A DNA stretch of 61,571 bases, filler included, from Globobulimina sp. (GCA_003354225.1; 19 parts of 19 records of this genome joined end to end with filler, not necessarily neighbours in it), one strand, 5' to 3'; counted from the whole stretch's first letter, positions 1 through 11,437 are shown. Notes: a model not told the origin generated them from the letters alone. A program made the numbers and translations.

Positions 1-663
1 CTGGGCGACGCTGGCGATCTCTTCCACGAATGTTTGCATATAATTTTCCCACTATGTGCATGTAGAAAAGAGGCTGTTTTATGTGTATATAGCAAATTGC
101 AGAAAAGAGTGCAGCTGAACTTGTGTGTTGCCGTCGCGGAATGATATGCCGTGTACATGGAGTAACCACGTCGGCAAACCGCCAAATGACCATTCTGCGC
201 AAACATAGGGTCCAATTCTTAAGTTAACGAATAAGCCGACCTGCTTCGCCACGGATAAAAAGCCGGTTAAATTTGCGCGATCTTTGTAATTATATCTATG
301 AGTTTGGAAATCATACGTCGGTTCATGGAGGTTCCAAAATACATACACTTCCACATGATTTAATCCATCATTTACCATTTTGGTTAATATATCTTTGTAT
401 TGACCTGGTGATAAACGCGGATAATGGACAGAGCCGCCCAATAATAATGTTCTTCGCCCATTTATAATCCAGGATCGTGCATCTGCTGCGACTGTGTATG
501 CTCTGCCTCCGAGGTCTGAATAGCTAATTCATTATTTGCATGCATCCAGAATAAATAGTGTTGCATCAATGCCATACCGTAGATATGGTCCTGTAGGAAC
601 TGACTGGCTTCCACAACTTATCAAAAATGCACTTAGTAACGTAATGAAAAGGTTAGCTGCCAT
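1..663 (-). CDS. Secreted glycoside hydrolase family 35 beta-galactosidase, N-terminal part (3' truncated), with 2 introns
   Basis: GH35 motifs LLGGSVHYPR, YVFWNLHEP and LRIGPYVCAEWSFGGLPTWL. Spliced model: ATG at 663 with signal peptide MAANLFITLLSAFLISCGSQS; introns 577-524 and 120-52 restore the frame (…GNTQ|WENYMQTFVEEI). Confidence 0.92.
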
Positions 664-687
664 TATTTGGTTTCTATCAAAAAAAAA

Positions 688-3151
688 ATGGGAAATGAAG
701 GTTCACAACATGTCGACAGCGATCATCAAACATGTACACCAACAGCATATGATATTGCCAGTCAAATCGCTCTCAAAAAGAACAAGAAGGTTAATTCCCC
801 GACCCAGTGTGCTTGGTGTGATGCGCAATCATTTTTGCTTTCTTCCAATACACCCGGCCATGGTATGTAACTTATGTATATACTAAGCTTAAATATTCGT
901 ATAACATCTGCATAAATTGGTAGTTTCCTCTCAGACGTCTGAGTTGAGAATACATCCACAATGCGAATATAAAGAAGTGTCGAGATGCGAGCATTTAACC
1001 AGATTTCTACTCATTATGAATGAGGTTGAAAACCGCACCGCGGATACCTTTGAAATGAAGCAAAACAATGAGTTTATGACGTTTTTGGATGATTATATAC
1101 ATTTAGTTGTGCAACATGATCAACATCGCGATTTTGATTTTATTGTAAGGCAAATGCCCGATTGCAATATATCAACTTGCCACAGATTCCAACGCCTTTG
1201 CAAAAACACACAATTGCAAGCTACCAATGAAGCGCACAAAACATCCAACTTTTATCAGTCGTGTGCGTCGACCGCAATTATTGACAAAATGCATTGTTAT
1301 TTCCAACATTGCTATGACATTGGAAATAGATTATCGCCGCCAAATAAATGGCTCATACAACATTATAAAAAAGCAGTCCATATTGATACATCCTCTCCAG
1401 CCTCGAGCATGTCTCTCAACCACAAACTGAAGAAAATGAAGAAAATAATATCTCGATCGTGTCAACAATACAATAACATGAGCGATAATAATCACTATGC
1501 ACTTAGAAGTGAGCGGTTTTCTGGCTCAATTGAGGCGATTCGAGAAAACGACTTTAAAGTTACAAAGCAAAATGTTTATTGTTATGGCTATGCCTTTGAA
1601 TATGAAGCAGATGATGAAAAAGAAGCAAATATTGGCCATATTAGTCCTTTTAAGAATCGTTGTATCGTTGTATCAAAAAGATATTCAGACCTAAAGATAG
1701 AATTAACTCAAAATCCAATTGTCATCATATCACCGCAACAATTCGCCATTGAATTGGAAAAGGCGCAATTTCATTTTGATTCGGAATATTGCAGGACTAA
1801 ATACAGAGCATTTGACGACAGAATGCATATTAAACTCGAGAATATATTGTCGTTGCTGTTTTATTGCAACTTTGCAGATTTACAGCATCAACTGAGCAAA
1901 ACCTACAAACACGGCTATGACAATGTGTATGATAAAGGCTATTTGTTGCATCATAATCTGTATCATTGGGGGAGAAATTTACAGATTTGCGTGCAGACAT
2001 TTGGTGCGGCACTGTCCGATGTTACACTTGACAGATTTTATCATGGTATGAGCCAAAAGTCAAACTTTCCTAAATATATTAATCAATATCAATGTGATAT
2101 AATTATTAATTCTCCATTGTCAACCTCCTCCTCACTCGAAGTTGCAATACATTTCGCAAATGATAATGGTTTAGTACTACAATTTGCTTATTCTAGTAAA
2201 ATAGCAAAATGTTTTCGTGTCTCATGGTTATCAGATCACGCAAATGAATGGGAATGTTTATTTTTGCAAAATAAGCTCCCGATATGTATTATGAATATAA
2301 TTGATGTGCAATATGGTTATGAATATGGTTTCATTTTAGCGACGTTGAAATTGCTTGGACGAATTCTTGACAATAACTATCAGCCAATGGCACAAACTAA
2401 AATGGATTCAAATATGGCAAATATGCAACAGCTGATATCCAACATAATTATTCATCGACTATCATCATCAGAATCGAATCAATCAACGGAGAGTTTAAAT
2501 ATTAATGAATATGGAAAAGAATTAATTAAATCGTATTTCGACAATAAAACATCTGTAAATCTCAATATTGCACTATTGAAGCAATGTCCTTCAGTCTCAA
2601 AGTTTTTATTAGAAAATAGTCAAATAAAATTTCGCCAGCTCACTATTTTGGTTCCCAATGTTGAACGTATAGCCATGGCGGCATTACCTGTGATTAATGA
2701 TTCTTTGTTGGACGATATATTGCAGTGTAAACGCCATATACCAAATTTAAAAAGTGTAACATTTGATGTTATCCAATGTAAGGAAGAGGATGCATTTTTA
2801 GTCAACGCATATCAACGGATATTGGGAAACGTTACATTGAAATTAGAGAAACCATTTGAAGTTAATCAAGCCCGCTTGGATAATCATAAGATATTTGTAT
2901 CACAAAACGATGAAATCATAAAGTTACGGATTGATGTCAACTCACAAATTGCCGAATTGAAGAAAGAAAATGAGGAACTTAGCCAGTCTGTGGAATCCTT
3001 GCAAAAGCAAGTTGAAATAATTAAGAATGACAAATTTATAATTAAGCAAATGAAGGAATGGATGAGATTTGTTGTAAAAATGCCACAATATATTGATTTA
3101 TTTGTTGAAAATGGGTTGGATAATTTGGATAAAATTAAACGAATAACAATG
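688..3151 (+). CDS. ADP-ribosyltransferase-like protein: N-myristoylation motif, Cys/His-rich region, ART domain, coiled coil, C-terminal SAM domain (3' truncated)
   Basis: Starts MGNEGS at 688; intron 863-923 joins it to the 760-aa ORF. ART-like motifs FYHG (2036-2047), STS (2120-2128) and EWE (2246-2254). The C-terminal MKEWMRFVVKMPQYIDLFVENGLDNLDKI resembles the start of a SAM domain. Confidence 0.7.
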
Positions 3152-3251
3152 NNNNNNNNNNNNNNNNNNNNNNNNNNNNNNNNNNNNNNNNNNNNTTAAT
3201 TAATTAANNNNNNNNNNNNNNNNNNNNNNNNNNNNNNNNNNNNNNNNNNNN
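3152..3251. other. Artificial contig-joining spacer (first of 18)
   Basis: 44 N + TTAATTAATTAA (stops in all six frames) + 44 N. Identical spacers at 6402-6501, 9651-9750, 12898-12997, 16145-16244, 19391-19490, 22637-22736, 25883-25982, 29129-29228, 32374-32473, 35619-35718, 38864-38963, 42108-42207, 45352-45451, 48596-48695, 51840-51939, 55084-55183 and 58328-58427. The intervening contigs never increase in length (3151 down to 3144 bp). Confidence 0.99.
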
Positions 3252-3992
3252 TTGATGCGAGATTGTTTTGAATACACTCAATATGCCACACATAATTTGA
3301 ATGCTTCAAATGAATTACATAATTATCTGTCATGTGATGGAGTTCAAAAACACTTGAATGAATTATCTATACTTTTACGCAATAATTCTGTACTGCTTCA
3401 TGCTGGATTGGGTTATCCATTTGGCACTAAACAATCGCAACTGACAGTATTCCAATATCCTGATATTATGAAACTAGTGCAATGGGCACAAAATACAAAA
3501 CCATATCCATTTGATTTGAGATTACTTGTTTTAAAGCGACATAAATGGAGTGTTGCATTGCAATCTGTTGTATCCAGATATTGTAAGAAATTGCAAAGAA
3601 TACGATATATTAAATTGATGTTATCCGTGATTCAAACACATTTGTTAGGCATTGATAATCAGTTTTGGATTATCATTAATTTTGATGATTTATTGCAAAA
3701 TACAATGGAATATGTTCCGTTATTAATGCCTTATTTGTTTAGAAATATTGACTCTCATCGGCAGGATTTTAACGCACTGGAATATAGACCGTTATTCAAA
3801 AAGACATTGGAAAATAAACCTGTTTCAAACTATAGCAAAGGTAAATGTTTGATTACATCAACTCAGTTGAATGATTTGATAAAGTATTTGCGCATTGATT
3901 CGCCATATGAATGGCCAGTTTTTAATGAAAATAAATTCATTGTCATGCCAAATAACACTCAATTTTTAAAACAAAAGTATTTCATGAAATAA
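3252..3992 (+). CDS. Hypothetical protein, C-terminal part; weakly sulfotransferase-like
   Basis: Open from the contig start for 246 aa. GYPFG…YPDI…DLRLLVLKR…SVVSR loosely resembles the 3'-phosphate-binding region of sulfotransferases. Confidence 0.4.
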   Translation: MMRDCFEYTQYATHNLNASNELHNYLSCDGVQKHLNELSILLRNNSVLLHAGLGYPFGTKQSQLTVFQYPDIMKLVQWAQNTKPYPFDLRLLVLKRHKWSVALQSVVSRYCKKLQRIRYIKLMLSVIQTHLLGIDNQFWIIINFDDLLQNTMEYVPLLMPYLFRNIDSHRQDFNALEYRPLFKKTLENKPVSNYSKGKCLITSTQLNDLIKYLRIDSPYEWPVFNENKFIVMPNNTQFLKQKYFMK

Positions 3993-4020
3993 AAACTTAG
4001 CTCGCTTTGCATCATGAGGC

Positions 4021-6377
4021 ATGACGTCTAACTCACTGGACCAACAAAACGTGAGTGTGTGGGGTTGGACAAATTCAATAAATTCATTTGTTGAGAATAC
4101 CAAGACAGCGAGCGAATCATTTTTCGATAATGTCAGTGCAACGTTAACAAAAAAACCTTCACAAGAAACAAATATACCCACTAATATCCATAACAACGAC
4201 GATAACAAATTACCACAGCAAACACCACCGCATCAACAGCCAGAAGAGAAAAACCAACAAGAATCAGATGACCCAAATAATATATTTAAGTGTGAAATAG
4301 AAGAATGGAAATCTAAATACTCACAATCAAAAACAGCATATTCTTTAAAAATAGCAATGCTTCAAAATGAATTACAAAAATATAAAGACACAAATTCATC
4401 ATTTAACAGACATATTTCATTACAAACTGAATCAAAAATTGCTAAATTCCAATCTCAAATTCAAAAATACCAACAAAATGAGAAAAAATGCATCAATATA
4501 TTTAAGGAACATATCCGTCAATATTATCAAAATAATGATGATTTACAGCATCAAATTGAAACTAAATATAAAATATTTTATGAAAAATTATTAAACATCA
4601 CTGTTAAAGCAGGCTTAGATCCAAATGATATATTTGAAAGCAATGATAGTAATAACAATAACAACAATAAATATGAAACCATGTCTGTTGTCTCTGATTT
4701 TGAGGAAAAAGAAGTAATTCATAACGCTGAAGAGGCAGAAGAGCATGACATCCAACACATTGACCTTGACACTGAATACAAAGAAAAATATTTGCAGGCA
4801 GTTGAACAATGTAATATTTTGCAGCAAAAAAACAGTGAATACAATGTTGTTTGCAATGAATTATCCACAGAGAGGGTTAAAGAAAAGGAAGAATATCAGG
4901 AATTAGTGAGGTTATTTGAATTAATGAGTGATAAAAATACGCAGTTTCAACAACTAATAAAAGATGTTGATGGCGAGAATGAGTTATTACGTCAGCAGTT
5001 GAATCAATATAAATTACAACATGAGGTATATATATATCTGATATACTGTATACTGTATATCTGTCACTATACAATTATGATAAGAGTGATATGGATGCGT
5101 TGGTTTTACAAAATGTAAATTTAAAAGAATCTTTTAAAGACTTGCAATTAAAATATGATGAAATAGCAAATAAATTGAATGATGAATATGAGATCGGCGA
5201 ACAGCTGAGACAGCAAATCAAGCAAACAGCCAAAATATCAAATAAACGAAACAAATCAAATTCAAAATTAAAAAAAAAGATTGAAACTTTCTCAAAAACG
5301 ATGAAAACATTGGAATATGAAATTGGTGAAAAGAATAAGAAATTGATTAAATATATCGAGATGATAAAAGAATTTGAATACACCGAAAATAAGTATAATA
5401 AAGCGATATTTTCTTATAAATCATTACAAAATGAGATTGAAGAATATATTGAAGAGAGTAATGAATTGAAAAGAAAAATATACAATTTAGAGGATGAAAT
5501 ATTAACAAACAAACAACATAGCAATGAATTAAGAAAACAGGCGAACAGAGATAGGAAAAATATCTCCCGTTTAACAAACTGTAATGATGAATTAACAAAT
5601 ATTTTAAAACAATGCCAAGATATTTTAATTAAATCCGCGCATAAATACCTGTCCGTATCTGTTCTAAACGCACAAGAATTAGAATTATCAGACACGGATT
5701 CTGATGATAATGATGCTGGTAATGGCAATATTATATATTTCAATGATAGCGACTCCGATGATGATGACGTGGAGGAAGAGGATGATATATTTATAGCTTC
5801 GAAAGAAAAGGATATCAAAGCATTGCAGTTGGGCGCCAGGCTCAAAATTCAAGTGTCAATGTTGTCAGAGCGGTTGAAGACATTTCAAGATAATATGAAT
5901 AATTTGAAACATAAATTGCATCGGAAAGAAGAAGAAACACTGCAACAACAATATGAGTTGAGACAGGTTGCAATGCGGAGGCGGTTAGAAGCCAAAATAA
6001 AAAAAGAACTGAGAAAGAGAGAGAACAAAATGGTGACTATAGCAAGTGTTCGTGGTTTGAATATCCGGCATAAAACGTCATTGGCAAATTTAACAAAGAC
6101 ACAAGACGAAGTGAACAGAATTGTGCATGATATTGAAGAGAATGATGAATTGTGGAAAAGGAATATTTCACGGCAATTGAGTGGAAATACAAAGTCATCC
6201 TCTATGGATTTGTTGTTAATGGATAGTTTAAGTGGGAGCACGATGGCAAGTACAAGTTTGAATAAAAGGGATGTTTTAGAAACACAATCGATGCGTTCAT
6301 TGAGTAGTGCGAATTCAAAGAAATCTATGCATTCACAAACAATGTCAGTTAGTATGCATAATAACTTGCAACTGTAG
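4021..6377 (+). CDS. Long coiled-coil protein (about 765 aa, one intron)
   Basis: ORFs 4021-5118 and 5091-6377 are joined by a phase-0 GT-AG intron at 5026-5084. Heptad-rich K/E/Q/L sequence with an acidic tract. Confidence 0.75.
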
Positions 6378-6501
6378 ATTAAATGCGGAAGGCATCCGGA
6401 ANNNNNNNNNNNNNNNNNNNNNNNNNNNNNNNNNNNNNNNNNNNNTTAATTAATTAANNNNNNNNNNNNNNNNNNNNNNNNNNNNNNNNNNNNNNNNNNN
6501 N

Positions 6502-7973
6502 CAAAGTTAGGTGGTTTGCTTCCAAGGAAGCCAATACTCTGAATCCTTAATAAATCCCCAGTCTTCTGTGCAAACACTTTCCAGTCAACACCACCTGGAA
6601 TTTCCGGTGTTTTTTCAGTCCTTTTAATAAATTGATATAACTCTCTCCTGCTTTCTGGTGTTGCAGCATCATATGTCTGCGATACTACATTCCGATTAAT
6701 ACTTCCTTTCCATATTACTGCGTTTCTTGTGGCCCTATATTGGAAACGAGTGGGCACGCCATTCATTTGTATCCTCCATCGTCCGTTCGTTTGCTCAACC
6801 TGCTGTGGTGGGGAAGATTGGGATCTCCTCCGTGCTCGTCTTCTAGTGACATGAATGTTAGATGATGCGGGAGATTGTGGTGATCTGCCTGTGCGTGGAG
6901 GCGATGGCGCAGATACTACTGAAACTGAGGCTGATGCTGCGGACAGTACAGATTGTGATGCGACTGAAGTTGCTGCTGACTGGGATAGCAGCGCTTTTAT
7001 CTTTTTCTTAAACTTGACACGATCCCCGATACATAGCCCCATTTCTTTAAGATGTTCCGGTTCCAATTCTGCGACAAATTCCATCTCTGTCAATCCATTT
7101 TCAGTAAATATGTGATATAAATCCGCCAATCCATTATTAATACACCATAGCTGCACCTCTGGCATATCATCATTAACATTCATTGCACTGATTGGCTGTG
7201 GCGGTGCCATTTGAAGTAATACGCCATCATCACTGTTCACATCATCCACATCATCCACTTGTTCCACCTCTTCCTCTCGCTCTTCATCCCGCATTGGTAA
7301 GTGTTCAATGGCTGTGTCTGAGACTGCCGATGTTGATGATTGTGTTTGTTGTTGTTCTTGTTCTTGGTCTTGTGATGCTGACGCAGCCAAAGCGTCTTCT
7401 TGTTCAGCTGAGAACAAAAGGTTTGGCGATGGCCCACGATTTCCTTGTTGTGATGGTCCACCACCTACGTCTTCATCTTCTTGAGATAAATCCGCATCCA
7501 TAATAGTGTGCGGCCGGGTACGTGTACTGTTGACGTTGGGATTCACGAAGGCTATAAATTTATATTTATGAAACCGCAAAAACGCACAAAAAAAATATTA
7601 CTTAACCTGGATCAACGTCATTCTCCTTCATTTCAACATCTTCTTCTTCATCTGGTGAGGTGCCTTCTCGATGTGTTTGTGCCCAATCCAATAACACCTT
7701 AACATAATCGTCCTTGTTCTTCCTTGATCCCATGTGGCAATCCCGGCGAGCTTTAACCATTGCCTCTAACACAATTTTGTGTTTCTTTTGTAAATGGGAT
7801 TTGACCCAATATTGCTGTTTCGTTAATAAGGGAAGTGTGTTGGGATCACTTGGGCCAACAGATATTATTCCATCTACACCAACGATGGTTGATTGTCTGC
7901 GGTTTCTGTTACGTACTGCGCGCGGGTTTGGAGGACGCCGACGAGCCCATTGGGAGTTTGAAGTTTGTGACAT
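6502..7973 (-). CDS. SAM-domain protein with basic/SAP-like N-terminal exon and low-complexity linkers (3' truncated)
   Basis: ATG at 7973; phase-1 intron 7606-7552 joins ORFs 7602-8075 and 6446-7579. SAM consensus EVQLWCINNGLADLYHIFTENGLTEMEFVAELEPEHLKEMGLCIGDRVKFKKKIKAL. Confidence 0.75.
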
Positions 7974-8040
7974 TGGGACAGATGTTTTGCACTTTGAAAA
8001 GATTTGAAAACATTTGAAAACTGTACCAACATAAAGTGTA

Positions 8041-8089
8041 TTACAAAATTTTGCTTGCGAGAAATAATCTCGCAAGCAAAATTTTGTAA
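8041..8089. repeat. Perfect 22-bp inverted repeat (hairpin, 5-nt loop)
   Basis: ttacaaaattttgcttgcgaga (8041-8062), loop aataa, tctcgcaagcaaaattttgtaa (8068-8089). Confidence 0.95.
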
Positions 8090-8160
8090 CGGGAAAAAAT
8101 AGTTTTTTGTGATGATGATTGATGCATTTTAACGAATGCTTTACAGTAATGCTGCATCAA

Positions 8161-8377
8161 TACTAACGAAGCACTAACTGTGTACTAAACAAAGCACTAA
8201 TTGTGTACTAACTGTGTACTAAGCACTAACTGTGTACTAAAATGTAGCTGATTTATAATTTGTGAGCCTGATTTATAATTTCTGATTTATAATTTAATCT
8301 ATAAATACTGCCGGCGTTGAATATGTGAACTGTTTTTATACTAAAGACTTCAGAAAAACCTCACTAAAGACTTCAGA
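8161..8377. repeat. Cluster of short direct repeats
   Basis: (gc)actaa[c/t]tgtgtactaa about 4 times in 8161-8240; ctgatttataattt 3 times in about 8248-8295; actaaagacttcaga twice in 8340-8377. Confidence 0.85.
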
Positions 8378-8633
8378 TGAAGGCAGCCAGCTTTGCACGA
8401 TCCACAGCTCGGTTCGGGTTTGGTGCACGGTGGATTGGTGGTGCCAAATCATTCCGCAGATGTAAGCAGATTCAAAGAGCATGTACAAGATTCGATCATG
8501 TACAAAATCCTATCATGCCCAAAAAAAACAAAAAAAAAATAAAATATTACTTTCTGTTTGTGTGGCGATATTACTTTCTGTTTTAAATCCCATCAATGTG
8601 CATGACTGACAAACAAAAAAAAGACATACTTTT

Positions 8634-9650
8634 ATGGCTGCAGTAAAAAAAAAAATCACTGAGGAGAAACAGGCACCGCGCGAAGCGTATAGGTGAACAG
8701 CCAGAGATAATCCAGATGCGGCACAGATGTTTTCAGGTTGGGGGGATATACGTAATATCGCATACAAGGCACGGGAGAAACATGGTTTTTTTTGCCTAAA
8801 AGAGGCAAAGATATTGCTGATGTGTTGAAAAAATATGGGCTCGATTCCAATATGTATGGGCAGAAATTGAGACGTGATGATACATCGGAGATTGGAGCTG
8901 GTACTTTGGATCTATGGCGGGAGCGTGCATCTGTTATGTATTTAGGTGATGGTTTCAGATATGGTGCGTACAGCACAATACATACATTTTGATGTGTCTT
9001 TCAAACACACTCCAAGGGGCGCTACATTTGATAGCTGCGTTTGATTCGCCATCCAAAAATCAGACACCAATGGCTGTTCCATGTGCAACGATTTTATTCA
9101 AATCTGCAAAGCCGGACGGATACACATATACCGCTGCATTTAATACTTTGCGAGATCGCTGCATCTCAATACATAAGATTGATATCGTCGATCATAATCG
9201 TAGCGTGATTGGTATGGGAGATTTCGAGGTTGCGTTGAGGAATGGTATAAAGTCTTTGTGGGCAACTGTTGTGATGAAAGGATGTTTGTTTCATCACTCA
9301 CAGGCTCTAAATAAAAACATTGGAGTTCAAGAGCTGAAAACTGTTTATCAAAGTAACGGTAAAAACTTTGATTTTGGTTTTTATAAATTTATCAGAAAAT
9401 TTCACGCTTTGGCTTTGTTACCACCTGGACTGATCCCCAAAGCATGGAATCTTTTGGTGAGATCTTATAAAGAACATACACCTACTGCGTTCCATATAAA
9501 AGCAGAGGGATGGATCAGATATCATAAGCGTTATTGGATGAAAAATGGCAGGTTTATTAAAGAATGGAACTGTTATCGATCGGAAATGCGCACAAACAAT
9601 ATTTTGGAGTCTAGGAATAAATGTATTCATCAACGGTTCGGCGCTCATCC
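8634..9650 (+). mobile_element. MULE (Mutator-like) DDE transposase, degraded and 3' truncated
   Basis: MULE motifs GDFEVALRNG, GCLFHHSQAL, ALALLP, YWM and RTNNILESRN. Putative intron 8964-9016. The upstream part has an in-frame TGA at 8694-8696 and a frameshift in the T-run near 8790. Confidence 0.88.
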
Positions 9651-10051
9651 NNNNNNNNNNNNNNNNNNNNNNNNNNNNNNNNNNNNNNNNNNNNTTAATT
9701 AATTAANNNNNNNNNNNNNNNNNNNNNNNNNNNNNNNNNNNNNNNNNNNNTAATCTGTAAAAAACTGTAAATTCAAAGAGTTTACAGTAAAAAACAGTAA
9801 TTTCAAACTGAAAAGCAAAAAGTTAAATGTTACCTTTAACATTTTATTATTAACCTATTTTCCTTCCTAGAAATTTCATTTTATTATTAGATATTATCAA
9901 GATATTTCCTTTTATTTTCTACACTTTGATAAAACTTTTTAGTTTTACACTTTAATTTCAAACTTTGTCCTGGCGAAGGCAGCATTTGCCGAAACGTCGA
10001 CATAAAATACTTGTTCTAAAACAAACCAATTTCTATATTTACCTCAAGAAG

Positions 10052-11437
10052 ATGTGGCATGTTAACTTTATAAAATCGTTATTCCGCTCAGAAAAAATAA
10101 TCGCGTATGGTGTTTATAGCACATTGAGTGAAATGGTATTTTATCATTTCTATTATTTATTAAAATCATTTATATTTGGTGGAGATAGAGAGAAATTAGC
10201 ATCAAATATTGAGAATAAGTTCCGATCACTCTTAAAAAGAGATGCATGTGATAGTGACGTGGGCGATGTATTAATAACACATTCGTGCAGGACAATATTT
10301 TATTGTTTAATAAAAACAATCATTGAATTAAAAAAAAGTGACTCTATTAAGATGTGCGTCTGCAGTGTCCAATTTGGTTCATTTTACCGTTTATTACGTG
10401 CCATTGAGTTAGCAGAGAATGTCTCGATTGAATTTTATGAAATTGATTTAAATTTGGATGATTGGACAGTATTTAATGGTGACATCAATGAGAGCGAGAT
10501 AGCAAAATGCGATTTAATTTTAGCTCAACATTTTTGGGGTGTGCCATTTGAGCAAAATACATTATTTGAACTTGCAAAGAAATATAATATCCCAATATTA
10601 GAAGATTGTGTGCAAACTGGTAGTTTATACAGTGGCTATTCAGGGCATGGTTTGGCGGATATTTGTGTTTGGAGCGGCGGTTTAGATAAAACACCATCGT
10701 GTTTTGGTGGTGGTTTTGGCTATTTTTGTGACACAAAATACGGGAATTTATTTTATAAAAAAATATTAATTATGACAAATAATTTTGAAATCGATTCATT
10801 TAAAGATAGGTTTTTCGGTTTATTTAATCAAACCATTCATTTAATTATTACCAAAAACACGTTTAAATTTATAAATATTGTTGGTGTAATTACATATTTT
10901 TTAGTGTATAGTCCAAATGTCGTGAAATGGTATGAGCAGTCATTGAGATGGCGTAAAAATAAATCAATCACACCATTTCAACATAAATCATCGATATTTT
11001 TAACAAAGCCATCCATTGCACAATTGTACTCCATGAAATATGGCATTCATAAAAGTTATACTAAAATCATTAAAAGTGAAATTAGGAAAAGACAATTGTT
11101 CTTAAAGCATATTCCAAATAAATATCATAAGATATTATTTCCATTTATGTCTTGTGAAAAACAGGTGAATGCCTATGTGGATAATAGAGGCATTGGTGAG
11201 TTTACGTGGGTTTATTCGGGGCATACGGATCGAATTAAATTGAATGATTTTTTGAATGAACATTTCCTCATTACTCTTATTAACACCACGTGGGTATCGC
11301 ATGATAAATCTGCATTGAATCCAAATAATGCTAAAACTATATGTGATAATTTAACATATTTACCAAATTTAAATGAAATGAATGATAAACAAATTATAAA
11401 ATGTGCGGCAGCATTAACAAAATATTGTCAACAATGA
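10052..11437 (+). CDS. PLP-dependent aminotransferase, DegT/DnrJ/EryC1/StrS-like
   Basis: ILAQHFWGVP…LAKKYNIPILEDCVQ, and SGGLDKTPSCFGGG with the putative PLP Lys. Intronless; likely ATG at 10052. Confidence 0.75.
   Translation: MWHVNFIKSLFRSEKIIAYGVYSTLSEMVFYHFYYLLKSFIFGGDREKLASNIENKFRSLLKRDACDSDVGDVLITHSCRTIFYCLIKTIIELKKSDSIKMCVCSVQFGSFYRLLRAIELAENVSIEFYEIDLNLDDWTVFNGDINESEIAKCDLILAQHFWGVPFEQNTLFELAKKYNIPILEDCVQTGSLYSGYSGHGLADICVWSGGLDKTPSCFGGGFGYFCDTKYGNLFYKKILIMTNNFEIDSFKDRFFGLFNQTIHLIITKNTFKFINIVGVITYFLVYSPNVVKWYEQSLRWRKNKSITPFQHKSSIFLTKPSIAQLYSMKYGIHKSYTKIIKSEIRKRQLFLKHIPNKYHKILFPFMSCEKQVNAYVDNRGIGEFTWVYSGHTDRIKLNDFLNEHFLITLINTTWVSHDKSALNPNNAKTICDNLTYLPNLNEMNDKQIIKCAAALTKYCQQ

Noticed and set aside
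536-886. 116-aa plus-strand ORF
   Set aside because: It overlaps the first exons of both the GH35 gene and the ART-like gene, which explain the region better.
5414-6241. Antisense ORFs of 143 and 118 aa
   Set aside because: Low-complexity mirror frames of the coiled-coil gene.
8161-8377. Direct repeats as a CRISPR array
   Set aside because: Units are 11-18 nt, abutting or irregular, with no unique spacers of constant length and no cas genes.
8694-8696. In-frame TGA as evidence of stop-codon reassignment or selenocysteine
   Set aside because: It lies in a transposase that also has a frameshift. Other genes end normally in TAA, TAG or TGA and use TGG for Trp.
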